Shown piece by piece: positions 38,358-48,426 of a stretch of 64,000 nucleotides of DNA. Location of the stretch: the NCBI GenBank assembly GCA_963720495.1, contig CAVRFU010000013.1:32273-96272 (forward strand). Direction: 5' to 3'. Position 1 is the first letter of the stretch. Each line of letters starts with the position of its first letter. A program made the position numbers and the translations under genes. This stretch comes from an uncultured Chloroflexia bacterium (GTDB lineage Bacteria > Chloroflexota > Limnocylindria > Limnocylindrales > CSP1-4). Under the pieces are notes generated by a model that was not told the DNA's origin, did not search any database, and was given only the letters and a program-made list of their open reading frames with translations.

Positions 38358-39134
38358 TCAGCGGCGGCGGAGGATCGCCGCGACGAGCCCGGCGATGCCG
38401 GCGATCACCAGGGTCCCGCGCCAGTCGAGCAGCGGCTTGACCTCGCCGTCGACCCGCGCGGCGATCACCACGCCGGCGATGCTCCGCCGCTCGAAGGTGA
38501 CTTTCCCGGCAGCCAGGTTCCAGACCGCGCCTTGATCGATCCGGACCTCGCGGGCGAAGAGGTTCCGGACGAACGACTGGCTCACCCGGGCCTCACCGGC
38601 GAGCGCGACACCGACGCCACTCATCTCGGCGGTGACCCGATCCGCCCGGGCGAGCCCGATGCCGCCCATGGTCACCGAGACGTCCTTGGCGGCCGCCTGC
38701 GCGATGCCGCCCATCCGAACGTCGACCTGGGAGGCCTCGACGTGGGTGATCCCGCCCTGCGTGACGGTGACCTGCTGGGCCTGGGCGGTCTCGACGCCGC
38801 CGTTGGTGATGTTGATGACCTCGGGCCGCGTCTCGCTCGTTGCCGTCACGGCGGTCGGTGCCGTCGGTCGCGCGGCCGGCGCGGATGTCGTTGCGGCGCG
38901 CGAGGCCGTGGCTGTCGGTTGGGATGCCGGTTTGGGCGTCGGTTTGGCGCTGGGCTTCACGGCTGAGGCCGGCGCGCTCGCTGTCGTCTTCGCGGCTGAG
39001 GCGGAGGCGCTCGCGGCCGGTTTGGCGCCGCTGGGTGGCTTGGCAGCGGTCGTTCGCGCCCGCGTCACCTTCGGCTTCGCTACCTCGTCGGCGTCGGCCT
39101 TGGCTGGATCGTCACTCGCGGGTCGATCGGTCAT
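38358..39134 (-). CDS. Hypothetical protein: Ala/Pro/Lys-rich N-terminus, about eight 15-aa repeats, C-terminal membrane anchor
   Basis: Repeats such as AQAQQVTVTQGGITH / VEASQVDVRMGGIAQ / AAAKDVSVTMGGIGL; ends LVIAGIAGLVAAILRRR; TAGGCT 6 nt before ATG. Confidence 0.75.
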   Translation of the reverse strand: MTDRPASDDPAKADADEVAKPKVTRARTTAAKPPSGAKPAASASASAAKTTASAPASAVKPSAKPTPKPASQPTATASRAATTSAPAARPTAPTAVTATSETRPEVINITNGGVETAQAQQVTVTQGGITHVEASQVDVRMGGIAQAAAKDVSVTMGGIGLARADRVTAEMSGVGVALAGEARVSQSFVRNLFAREVRIDQGAVWNLAAGKVTFERRSIAGVVIAARVDGEVKPLLDWRGTLVIAGIAGLVAAILRRR

Positions 39135-39335
39135 GGACCTAGCCTATCGCGGGTCGGCCGGCAATGCGAGCGCCAGGGCAAGGACAGGCCCGGACGCGGC
39201 CCGTCGGCCGCCGTGATGGGCGTCATACGCCTTTCCTTGCGTCCTCGGCTATCCTGCGCCAAGCCACGGTCGCGGCGTGTCGCCCCGGGCACGACCGGCG
39301 CCATGGCCATCGCATGATCTGGAGGAGCCACCGGG

Positions 39336-40544
39336 ATGCAACGGAACGCGACCATCGGGATCGTCGGCGTCGTCGTCGTGTCGGCCCTCGTCGTCGGCAT
39401 CGGCGCCACGGCGCTGGGCAACCCGGCCGCCTCCGCCCGGCCGTCGGCAGTGGCCCAGGTCCCGACCGCCACGCCGGCTCCCACGACCTCGGGCACGCCG
39501 GAAGCGACCGTCGAACCGACCGCCTCGCCGAGTCCGACCCCCGTCCCGACGCCCACCCCGGTCCCGACGCCCGTCACGGTCCCGGGGCCGCTCACCGGTC
39601 GACCCCTCTCGCCGGCCGTCGCCAAGCGGCATCCGATCGCGGTCATGATCGATGACCTCGGCGCGGCGCGGCCGCAGTCCGGCCTGTCGTCCGCCTCGGT
39701 CGTCTGGCAGGCCCCGGCGGAAGGCGGCATCCCGCGCTACATGGCGATCTTCCAGGACAGCCTGCCCAAGGAGATCGGCCCGGTCCGCAGCTCCCGCTAC
39801 TACTACATCGCCTGGGCCGCCGAGTGGCGCGCGGTCTACGCGCACGCCGGTGGCTCGCCGCAGGCGAAGGCAACGCTGGCCGCCAAGGGTCGCGGGCAGT
39901 ACGTCTACAACATCGACGAGTTCCGCTACAGCGGGACCTTCGGCCGGGTCACCTTCCGGTCCGCCCCGCACAACCTGTACACGACCGGCGCAAAGCTCAG
40001 GGCCGCCGGGAAGCACCAGGGGTCCAAGGACAAGGCCTACACGGCAGCCTGGACCTTCGCCCCGGATGCGCCGCTCGACGCCCGGCCGGTCGGCGGGACG
40101 ATCACGATCAAGTACCCCTACAACACCATCGGCTACGTCTACGACCGCAAGACCAACACGTACCTGCGCTCCGTCACGGGCGAGAAGAAGGAGACGGACA
40201 AGGGCACCGGCGTCCGGATCGCGCCCAAGAACGTCGTGGTGATGCGCATGCGGTTCGGTCCGCTCAATGACGGTCACCCCGGCGCACCACGGCTCGAGGC
40301 GACCGTCGTCGGGAGCGGGCCCGCCTGGGTCTTCACCAACGGGAAGACGATCAAGGGCACCTGGAAGAAGACCGCGATCACCAAGCCGACCCGGTTCTAC
40401 GACAAGAACGGCAAGGCGATCCCGCTGACCATCGGCCAGACCTTCGTCCAGGTGATCCCGGGCAACTACCCGTTCTCGTACAAGGCCGGGACGAACCCGC
40501 CGCCCGCCGGCGCCACCCCGAGCGGGAGCCCCGCGCCGAGCTGA
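39336..40544 (+). CDS. DUF3048 (YerB-like) extracellular protein
   Basis: N-terminal hydrophobic anchor, PT linker, PLTG, PIAVMID, ARPQSGL, AEGGIPRY, GPVRSSR, APHNLY, GQTFVQV. Confidence 0.88.
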   Translation: MQRNATIGIVGVVVVSALVVGIGATALGNPAASARPSAVAQVPTATPAPTTSGTPEATVEPTASPSPTPVPTPTPVPTPVTVPGPLTGRPLSPAVAKRHPIAVMIDDLGAARPQSGLSSASVVWQAPAEGGIPRYMAIFQDSLPKEIGPVRSSRYYYIAWAAEWRAVYAHAGGSPQAKATLAAKGRGQYVYNIDEFRYSGTFGRVTFRSAPHNLYTTGAKLRAAGKHQGSKDKAYTAAWTFAPDAPLDARPVGGTITIKYPYNTIGYVYDRKTNTYLRSVTGEKKETDKGTGVRIAPKNVVVMRMRFGPLNDGHPGAPRLEATVVGSGPAWVFTNGKTIKGTWKKTAITKPTRFYDKNGKAIPLTIGQTFVQVIPGNYPFSYKAGTNPPPAGATPSGSPAPS

Positions 40545-40557
40545 GCCGACCGGCAGG

Positions 40558-41874
40558 TCAGCGGGCGTCCGTCGCCCGGACGCCGACCTCCGCGTAGATC
40601 CGCCGCGTCTCGATCGCGACGTCGGCCCACGTCCGCGTCTGCCATGCGGCGCGCTCGCGAGCGCTGGCGACGAGCCGGGCGTGGACGGCGTCATCCGCCC
40701 AGATCGTCGTCAGCGCCACGGCCAGCCGGTCCGGATCGCCGGGTTCGACGAGGAGCCCCGCCGGTCCGACGATCTCCGGCAGCGGTCCCACCGCTGAGGC
40801 GACGACCGGGGTCCCGCAGGCGATCGCCTCGATGACCGGCAGGCCGGCCGCCTCGGAGACGACGGGGAGGACCACCGCTCGAGCGGCCCGGACGAGCTCG
40901 ACCTGTTCCGCGACGGCCAGGCTCGGGGCGTAGGCGAGGGCCTCGCCGACCCCCTTGCGTGCGGCGGCCCGGGCGACCGACGCCCGGTCCTCCGGGGTCG
41001 CCCCGAGGAGAAGGACCCGCGGCGGCCACGCCACATCCGGCTCGAGACCGGCGGGCCGGCCGGCCCGCGCCAGGCGAGCGAGGGCGGACAGGAGCGTGGT
41101 CAGGTCGAGGCGGGCATCGAAGCGGCCGGAGAACGCGAGGTACCGACCCGTCACGCCGAGCCGCTGACGGATCTCCGAGGGCGCCCCAGGCGACGTGACC
41201 GACGAGGTCCCGGGCGAACCGACCGGGGCGGGCGCGAACCCGGCACGGGGCGCCAGCGGCACGACCCGGACACGGCTCCCCCGGATCCGGATCAGGCGGC
41301 GCGCCGCGGCTGCCGTGGCGTCGCTGCCGACGATGACGGCGGCCGCCTCGCGCAGCAGCTGCGCCCGCAGCCGCTGGCCGAACCGGCTGGCCAGCGAGCG
41401 CTGGAACGCATCCGGCAGCTCCCACGGCGCGAGATCGAGCAGGGTGACCACCACGGGCAACCCGGAGGCGATCGGGAGCGGGCCGCCCCCGATGGCGTGA
41501 TAGACGGCGCCCGCCGCGCCACCGCGCTCGGCTCGCCAGGTCGACCCGATCGCCGCGCCACGCAACACGAACGGATCGACGGTCATGGCCCCGGACCGGA
41601 GCAGGCGGGTCGGGGGCAGCTGGCGGCGCCCGACGACCTCGAGGTGGCCGAACCGCGGAGTCGGGTCGTCGAGATCCGACGCGATCAGGAAGGCGAACGA
41701 CTCGCCCGCGAGCGGCGCCGCATCGAAGGCCCCGAGCAGACCGTCCAGGTAGGCCGCCGCCAGCGGGGCGCGATCGGGCGCCTGGAGCGGGCGCGCGTCG
41801 AGGATCACGCGGACGCCGGCCGGGAGCGCCCCTTCGGAGCCGCCGCCCAGCCGGCCGGCGGCCGGACCGGTCAC
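40558..41874 (-). CDS. Glycosyltransferase family 4 (GT-B)
   Basis: VILDARPLQ, VVVTLLDLAPW, VRVVPLA, SEAAGLPVIEAIACGTPVVAS; GTG overlaps the upstream TGA. Confidence 0.88.
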   Translation of the reverse strand: MTGPAAGRLGGGSEGALPAGVRVILDARPLQAPDRAPLAAAYLDGLLGAFDAAPLAGESFAFLIASDLDDPTPRFGHLEVVGRRQLPPTRLLRSGAMTVDPFVLRGAAIGSTWRAERGGAAGAVYHAIGGGPLPIASGLPVVVTLLDLAPWELPDAFQRSLASRFGQRLRAQLLREAAAVIVGSDATAAAARRLIRIRGSRVRVVPLAPRAGFAPAPVGSPGTSSVTSPGAPSEIRQRLGVTGRYLAFSGRFDARLDLTTLLSALARLARAGRPAGLEPDVAWPPRVLLLGATPEDRASVARAAARKGVGEALAYAPSLAVAEQVELVRAARAVVLPVVSEAAGLPVIEAIACGTPVVASAVGPLPEIVGPAGLLVEPGDPDRLAVALTTIWADDAVHARLVASARERAAWQTRTWADVAIETRRIYAEVGVRATDAR

Positions 41875-42659
41875 GATCGGCGGCGGCGCGTCAGGCGGGC
41901 GAGGAGCTCCTCGGCCCGGAGCTGGACGACCACGACCAGCGCCTCGACGACGATCCGCCGGCTCATCTTGGACTGCCCGACACGGCGGTCGCGGAAGGTG
42001 ATCGGCACCTCGCGGATCCGGGCGCCGGCCCGGCTCGCCCGGAAGGTCATCTCGATCTGGAAGACGTAGCCGCCGGCATGGACCCCGTCGAACGGGACCG
42101 CCGCGAGCGTCGTGCCGCGCCACGCCTTGAACCCGCCGGTCAGGTCGTTCTGGCCCAGACCGAGCACGATCCGCGCGAAGAGGCTGCCGCCGCGTGACAC
42201 GATCCGCCGGCCGAGCCCCCAGTCGACGACGCCGCCGCCGGGCGTGTAGCGGGAGCCGATGACGAGATCGGCCGTGTCGCCGGCGATCGGGGCGACCAGG
42301 CCGGGCAGTGCCGCGGGGTCGTGGCTGAAATCGGCATCCATCTGGACGACCGTGGTGGCGCCGCCGGCCAGCGCCACGCCGAAGCCGTCCAGGTAGGCGC
42401 GTCCGAGGCCCTGCTTGAGGGCGCGATGGCGGACGCGGATGCGCGGGTCGGCCGCCGCCAGCGCGTCGGCGAGGCGGCCCGTGCCGTCCGGCGAGCCATC
42501 GTCGACCACGAGGACCGTGGCCGCGGGCAGCGCCTCGAGGATCGCGGCCGTCATCGGGCCGACGTTCTCGGCCTCGTTGTAGGTCGGCAGGACGATCCAG
42601 ACCCGGTCCTCGGGCGCGGCCGGAGCCGGCTCGATCGTCGTCGGGCTGGGGTCGATCAT
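41871..42659 (-). CDS. Polyprenol monophosphomannose synthase-like GT2 (Ppm1/DPM1 family)
   Basis: VLPTYNEAEN, VVDDGSPDGT, GLGRAY, QMDADFSH, DLVIGSRY, DLTGGFK, GYVFQIE, EVPITFRDRRVGQSKM. Confidence 0.92.
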   Translation of the reverse strand: MIDPSPTTIEPAPAAPEDRVWIVLPTYNEAENVGPMTAAILEALPAATVLVVDDGSPDGTGRLADALAAADPRIRVRHRALKQGLGRAYLDGFGVALAGGATTVVQMDADFSHDPAALPGLVAPIAGDTADLVIGSRYTPGGGVVDWGLGRRIVSRGGSLFARIVLGLGQNDLTGGFKAWRGTTLAAVPFDGVHAGGYVFQIEMTFRASRAGARIREVPITFRDRRVGQSKMSRRIVVEALVVVVQLRAEELLARLTRRRRS

Positions 42660-42691
42660 GGACGCCAAGTCTAGTCGGGTCGCGTGGGCGG

Positions 42692-45180
42692 CTACGGTGC
42701 CTTGACGGTGACGGTGCGGCTGGTCCGCGAGGCGCCGATCCAGCTCGTCGCGTCGACCACGACCCGGTACGTGCCCGGCTTGACGAATGCCCCGGCAGCC
42801 GTCTTGCCCGACCACGTCCACCCGTACCGCCCGGCGGCGAGCGTCCGGCCCCGCCAGATCTGGCGGACCAGGGTGGATCCCTGGTAGATCGCCTACCGAG
42901 ACGGTCGCCCGTCGGCGGAGGACGACGGTCAGCCGGTCGCGGCCACCGGCCCGTGGCACGAACGAGGCACGTGCCCAGCCGAGCGACCGGATCGTCCGGT
43001 CGACGCGGACCGTCGCCGTGCGGATGGTCGGGTTGCCGGCCCGGTCGAAGGCACCGACGTAGACCGTGTACCGGCCATCCGGGACCGCGCGACCGGCGGC
43101 ATCGCGACCGTTCCAGACCCAAGCCCTGGACGTGGTGGCGGGGAAGACCAGGCGGCGCACCGTGGCGCGCCTGCCGTCGATGATGCGCACGCTCCCGGCC
43201 AGCGGCTCGTCGGCGCGGATGGACAGCCTGACCGCGTCCGCCTGACCGTCGCCATCGGGCGAGATGAAGGCCGAACCGAGCGAGAGGGTCATCGCGGCCG
43301 CGCGGCGATCGACGGTGACGACCCTCGCGACGGACGCCCGGTTGTTCGAGGCATCCGCCGTCCAGATCGTGATCCGGTACTGGCCGTCGGGCACCGGGGT
43401 GCCCGCGTTCGTCCGGCCGTTCCACGTGTAGGACGCCCGCTTGTCGACCTTCTCGCCGGAGCGGATCGCGGGGCCGGCGACCCCGCGGACGATGCGCTGG
43501 ACCACCCAGCCGAACCGGATGTGGCCGGTCACGGCCACGTCGAGCCGGACGGCCTCGGACCGGCCGTCGCCGTTGGGCGAGACGACCGCGCTCGTGAGCG
43601 TGGCCGCGGTGATCCGCGGCGGGACCTTGTCGGTGATGAACTTGGCCTTCAGGACCGCGTACAGCTCGGGCCGTGTCCCGTCGTAGCCGAGGGCCCAGAT
43701 CCCGGCGCCGCGCAGGTTCGCGCGGTTGATGAGGTCGTACTTGAGACCGAGCGCGGTCGCGTCGTCGTAGTAGACCTGGCGATAGGGGTTGACGCAGCCG
43801 TACCTGGCCGTGCAGTTCTTGCGGCGGTAGACGACCCACGAGGATCCCTCGGCCGCGTCCCACTTCCGGCCGTGGTCGGCGGCGACCTGGCGGGCGGTGC
43901 CGTACACCACGGTCGTGGAGGCACCGTACTTCGTGCCCGAGATGTTCCGGGCGTGGACGGCCGCGGTGTCGGTCGACCAGGCCCGGCCGTAGTACGGCAC
44001 GCCGAGGATGACCTTGGCGGCGGGGATCCGGCCGAGGTAGGTCCTCACCGTGTCCGCGATGTCGTAGGTCGGTCCGCCGATCGGCGCGATCGACCCGACC
44101 CTGGCCGTGGACGCGCCCCGGTAGTCGTAGCCCATGACCACGACGGCGTCCGCCGCCCCGGCCGCGGTGCCCTTCTCGAGCGGGTAGTTGCCGGCCCAGC
44201 CGAACGTGTCGAACGTCAGCTGGTAGCCGGCGTGGACCCTGTTGAGCTCGGAACGGACGGTGCGGACGAGCGCGGTGAACTCGTCGGCGTAGGTGGACAC
44301 GATCGGCTCGAAGTCGAGATTGACCCCGTCGGCGCCACGATCCCGGACCGCGGCCGCGATCTGGCGAGCCAGGTTGGCGCGATTGCCCGCGCTGCCGAGC
44401 AGGTTCTTCTGGCGGCTGACGCCGCTCGACGACCAGGCGAAGCTCTGGACGGTCAGGACCACCCGCGCGCCGCTCCTGTGCGCCGCATTCATGACGGCCG
44501 TCATCTTCGAGCTCGTCCAGCCACTCCAGCCGACGGTGGTCGAGCCGTCGCTGTTGCGCTTCTGGAGGTCACCGTTGGCGGCGGCTCCGACCCCGAAGTA
44601 CGCGACCGTCGACAGCTTCTCCCAGTCCAGCCGGGTCGACGGGTCGGTCAGCTCCCAGTAGGGCAGGAACCCGAAGACCTCGCGCTTGAGGCCGCCCGGG
44701 TCGACGGCCGCTGCGGGCGTGCCGGCGATCGCGCCGCGCCGGGTCCAGGTACGGCACGTCGGCCGCCCCGACCGGGGCGCCGGATGACGGGGCGCGGGTG
44801 GACGTCGCTCCGCTCTTGCGGCCGGGTGCCGCGCTCGTCGCGCGCATCGCCGTGCCCGAGAGCCGGCCGGCCGGCAGTGCCCGCGGCTGGACGCCACCGA
44901 CCGTCCACCGGTCGGCGCCCCGAGGCGTGAACGGGACGGTGACCCGGGCGCCGGGGGCGAACCTGGTCGTGTCGTTCGCGTGCGCCACCGCCTCCTCGTA
45001 CTGGACCGTCGGCTGGAGCGTGGCGGCCGGGTCCCCCGCCGCCGGTCGTCCGGCCGGGGCCACGGCGCCGACGGTGCCGACCGGCGCGAGCCCGGCGAGG
45101 ACGAGCAGGCCCGCGACGATCGCCAGCGCGCGCGGGCGGGCGACGACCGCGGGGCGTGCGTGTGGCGGGCGGGCAGTCAT
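42692..45180 (-). CDS. Secreted GH18 glycoside hydrolase with tandem FlgD-type Ig domains; apparent frameshifts near 44740 and 42895
   Basis: Signal peptide, EVFGFLPYW, DGVNLDFEP, VMGYDY, LGVPYYG, GAGIWALGYD, then SPNGDG...WNGR...PDG.Y repeats; last domain completes in another frame (...SRTVTVKAP*). Confidence 0.85.
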
Positions 45181-45340
45181 GGGCACGACGGTCCTCATCG
45201 GCGGTTCCTGAGACGGCCCAGCCTCGCCTCGGCACGCTCGACGGTCTACGGCTCGATGGTCCCGGTCCGGGATGGTACGGGGTGGTCCGGTGGGGTCTGG
45301 TGCGGTTCCCGGGGCGGACGGTCAGGTGCGGTGAGGTGGC

Positions 45341-45380
45341 GACGGGTGCCGTCGGGTGCCGTCGGGGGCCGTCGAGTGCC
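45341..45380. repeat. Four imperfect 10-bp tandem repeats within a GGTNN-periodic intergenic tract (about 45258-45392)
   Basis: gacgggtgcc gtcgggtgcc gtcgggggcc gtcgagtgcc. Confidence 0.7.
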
Positions 45381-45414
45381 TGTCAGGTGTGGTCCGCGGA
45401 CGATCCAGGCCGGG

Positions 45415-47700
45415 TCAGTGCAGCGCGTACGACACGTACGTGGACTGCGATCCGCCCTTGGTGTCGATGCCCTTGACCCGGAACGAGACCTTGCCTGTGC
45501 CACCGCTGGACTTGAGCCGGATCGTGATCCGGTACGTGTGGCCGGACACCTTCGACATCCGGACGCTCCAGCGCGCGAGCCTGGGCTGGTAGATGGACAG
45601 GCTCGGGCTCTTGGACAGGAGCTCCGCCGTGGTGGCGGTGATCGTGATCGACTGGCCCCGCTTCGGCGTCGAGTCGTTGAGCTTGATCACGAACGCATCC
45701 ATGTCGAAGGCGGCGCCCTGCACCGCGCTCAGCGTCCCGTCGGTCGCGGACACGTACGAGGTGTAGTGGCCCCGCGGCAGCATCTTGCCGTCCGATCGAC
45801 GGCCGCTGAAGGTCCAGGTCTGGGTGCCGGCCGGCAGCGCGACCGCGGCCAGGCGGGTCATGACGATCTGGTTGGCGGCGTTGCGCAGCGTCCAGGTGAC
45901 GGTCATCGGGCGTGCGAGGGTGAACGACAGGACCGTCGCGCGATCCAGCGTGTCGAGGTCCTGCGGGAAGAAGAGCGAGCGGCTCGTCGTCACCGTGCGC
46001 AGCGCCCCGACCAGGTTGACGGTCCGCTCGACGGCGGGACCGGTGTTGCCGGCCATGTCCGTCGCCGCGACGCGGATCCGGTAGGTGCCGTCCGGCGCGT
46101 ACCCACCCGCGGTGGTCCGGCCGTTCCAGGTGACCGCGACGGCGGCGCTCCCGTTGGCCACGGTCCAGCTCTTGACCTGCGCGCCGCCGGCATCGACGAC
46201 ACGGGTCACGATCGACCCCGGCTCGCGGTTCGTGGCGGTCAGGCTGACCGTGTCGCGGACGCCGTCGCCGTTGGGCGAGAACCATTGGGTCGTGCTCGCG
46301 GCGGGGGTCAGGCCGGCGAGCTCGGGTGCCGCGGTGTCGACGGTCAGCTCGCGGGTGGCCCGGGCCGGGCCGTTGCCCCACGGATCGACGCCACTGACGC
46401 TCACCTGGTAGGTGCCATCCGCGACGGGATCGCCCGAGACCTTGCCGTCCCAGGCGACCTGGAACGTGGAGCCGGTCCCGGTCGTCGAGAACAGCTCGTG
46501 GTCGGCGCCGTCGCGGATCTTCAGCGTCCAGGCGACCGATTCGGTGAACCGGCCGCGCAGCGACGCGGCGTCGCGCTGTCCGTCGCCGTTGGGCGAGAAC
46601 GCGGCGCCGGGGTCGAGGACGCGGACGACCGGGGCGGTGCTGTCGCGCGCCGCGAGGTCGCTGGCGAGCATGTAGCCCGCGATGGACGGGTCGTCGATCC
46701 CGGCGACCTCGACCAGGGTGCCGCCCGCGTCGGACGGCTGGGTGGGCTGCTCGACGACGTGCAGCCGCGTGCCGGCCGGGAGCGTCGTGGTCGGGACCCC
46801 GGTGGAGTCCAGGTCGCCGTACACGCCGGCGCCATCGGTCGTCACTGCGGCGTTGCCGGGAACGACGAGGCTGGTCGGGTTGACGCTCGTGTCGCCGTAA
46901 CCGCCGGAGACGACCTCATCGGTCGTGACACCCAGGGTCTGGACCGCGAGCGAGCGGTAGAAGCCGGTCGTCGCCGTGATCGGGTCCTGGTAGACCGTCG
47001 TCGCGGGCGTCCGCGCGGACGGGAAGCTGACCACGTGGCCGTTCCGACCGGGCGCGGTCCGCCACATGTCCTCGACCGACTGATGTGTCGTGAACAGTCC
47101 CCGGATGTACACCTCTGATCCGGCGTGACCGTCGGCGATGACCGCCGACGCGCCGGCCTTCAGGAAGCCGGCGGCGTAGTTGTCGGCGCGCTGGCGGGCG
47201 ACGGTGACCGTCGGCTCCGGGTTGCCCGGCTCCGAGTTGCCGGACGCGTAGCACAGGTGGTTGAGGATGACGACCGCGTTCGGCGCAAGGTCGAGCGTGG
47301 AGACGTACGGCTCGCCGTAATACTTGTTGTTGTAGTCGCCCGCGCCGGCCGTGGCGTTGAGCCCGAACCCGTCCTTCGTCGTGTACTTGGCGTCATACGT
47401 GTACGGGCTCGGCCAGCCGTTGCCGTGCCCGAGGTAGATGACGATCGAGGCGCCGACGACGGCCGCCTTGACCTTCGCCCAGGTCGCGTTCGGGCTGTAG
47501 ACCTTGACCACGTTCGGCGTGTACTTGATCGCTTCCGCGTAGGCCCGGTCGGCATCCGCGCGATAGCCCGCCGTCGCGCCGTGCGTCGCCCCGACGATGA
47601 TCACGACCTTCGGATCGCCGGTCGCCGCGGCAGCGGACGGCACGATCACGCCAAAGGTCGCGATGAGCACGAAGACGAGGGCGGCGGCTGATCTGCGCAA
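45415..47700 (-). CDS. Secreted protein: clan-CD (caspase/gingipain/CHAT)-like domain, SH3-like domain and tandem FlgD-type Ig domains
   Basis: TTG start after SD ggag; signal peptide; IVIYLGHG and VILNHLCYA; AAGFLKAGASAVIA; FSPNGDG...WDG/WNG...DGTY repeats. Confidence 0.75.
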   Translation of the reverse strand: MRRSAAALVFVLIATFGVIVPSAAAATGDPKVVIIVGATHGATAGYRADADRAYAEAIKYTPNVVKVYSPNATWAKVKAAVVGASIVIYLGHGNGWPSPYTYDAKYTTKDGFGLNATAGAGDYNNKYYGEPYVSTLDLAPNAVVILNHLCYASGNSEPGNPEPTVTVARQRADNYAAGFLKAGASAVIADGHAGSEVYIRGLFTTHQSVEDMWRTAPGRNGHVVSFPSARTPATTVYQDPITATTGFYRSLAVQTLGVTTDEVVSGGYGDTSVNPTSLVVPGNAAVTTDGAGVYGDLDSTGVPTTTLPAGTRLHVVEQPTQPSDAGGTLVEVAGIDDPSIAGYMLASDLAARDSTAPVVRVLDPGAAFSPNGDGQRDAASLRGRFTESVAWTLKIRDGADHELFSTTGTGSTFQVAWDGKVSGDPVADGTYQVSVSGVDPWGNGPARATRELTVDTAAPELAGLTPAASTTQWFSPNGDGVRDTVSLTATNREPGSIVTRVVDAGGAQVKSWTVANGSAAVAVTWNGRTTAGGYAPDGTYRIRVAATDMAGNTGPAVERTVNLVGALRTVTTSRSLFFPQDLDTLDRATVLSFTLARPMTVTWTLRNAANQIVMTRLAAVALPAGTQTWTFSGRRSDGKMLPRGHYTSYVSATDGTLSAVQGAAFDMDAFVIKLNDSTPKRGQSITITATTAELLSKSPSLSIYQPRLARWSVRMSKVSGHTYRITIRLKSSGGTGKVSFRVKGIDTKGGSQSTYVSYALH

Positions 47701-47849
47701 GGGGACTCCGAGGCTGGACCGGGGCTGTGAGCAGCTGTCGCCCCAGACTCGCGCCCCTGCGGCGCACGCTCAATCGCGGGATGGTCCTGCGCCTGCTAGC
47801 CCCTTCGGGCCGGTCGGGCGGGTGACCGGGCGGACTGGTGGGGTCCGGA

Positions 47850-48426
47850 TCAGAGAGGTTCGTGGCGCAGGCGCACCACGAGGTCGGCCAGCGGCGGATT
47901 GGTCAGATCCCGCTCGGAGAGGATCGGCCGCCCGTCGGGCGTCGCCTCGAGGACGGGCCAAGGAACCGCGACCGCCGGGTCGTCCCAGGCGAAGCCGAGC
48001 TCGTCCGAGCCGTCGTACTCGTTGGTGACCAGATAGACCAGCTGGAGGGGCTCGATCGCGAGGAACCCGTGGGCGACCCCGGTCGGGATCGAGACCCAGC
48101 CGTCGGCCGCCAGCTCGCGGGTCTCCACGACCGCCGGACCCGTGCCGGCCAGCGCCGGCCGGACGTCGACGAGCGCGACCAGCGCCCGGCCTTCCGCGAC
48201 GATCCAGAGGTCGTCCTGGCGTCGGTGGAGATGGAGCCCGCGGAGGACCCCGGCGGCCGAGGTGGACAGGTTGGCCTGGACGAAGGTCGCCGCCCGGGAA
48301 CTGGCCCGCCCGCCACAGCTCGCGGAACGAGCCACGGGCGTCGCCGTGACGGGCGATCGATCCGTAGCTGACCCCAGGCAGGATCGAGCCGGACGGGCCG
48401 GTCGCCGGGGCGTCGTCCTGTGTCAT
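47850..48426 (-). CDS. rfbC: dTDP-4-dehydrorhamnose 3,5-epimerase; apparent frameshift near 48295
   Basis: HGDARGSFRELW in one frame; FVQANLSTS..GVLRGLHLH, LVDVR, IPTGVAHGF, WDDP, ILSERD in the next. Confidence 0.88.

Noticed and set aside
40558-43863. 1101-aa ORF ending in a GT4 domain
   Set aside because: The N-terminal 660 aa are Arg/Pro/Gly-rich off-frame sequence. The GT4 starts at GTG 41874.
41871-44897. Apparent 1008-aa GH18-FlgD-GT2 fusion in the ORF track
   Set aside because: Artefact of a frameshift near 42895. The GH18 protein ends properly at 42692 in another frame, and the GT2 has its own TAGACT promoter motif and ATG at 42659.
45341-45380. Short repeats considered as a CRISPR array or iterons
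   Set aside because: 10-bp units without spacers; no cas or rep genes nearby.
47700-47850. Possible c-di-AMP or c-di-GMP riboswitch upstream of the secreted FlgD-Ig gene
   Set aside because: Only a GACAGCU fragment and a GGGGC/GCCCC hairpin; the conserved cores I recall are missing. An Rfam scan would settle it.
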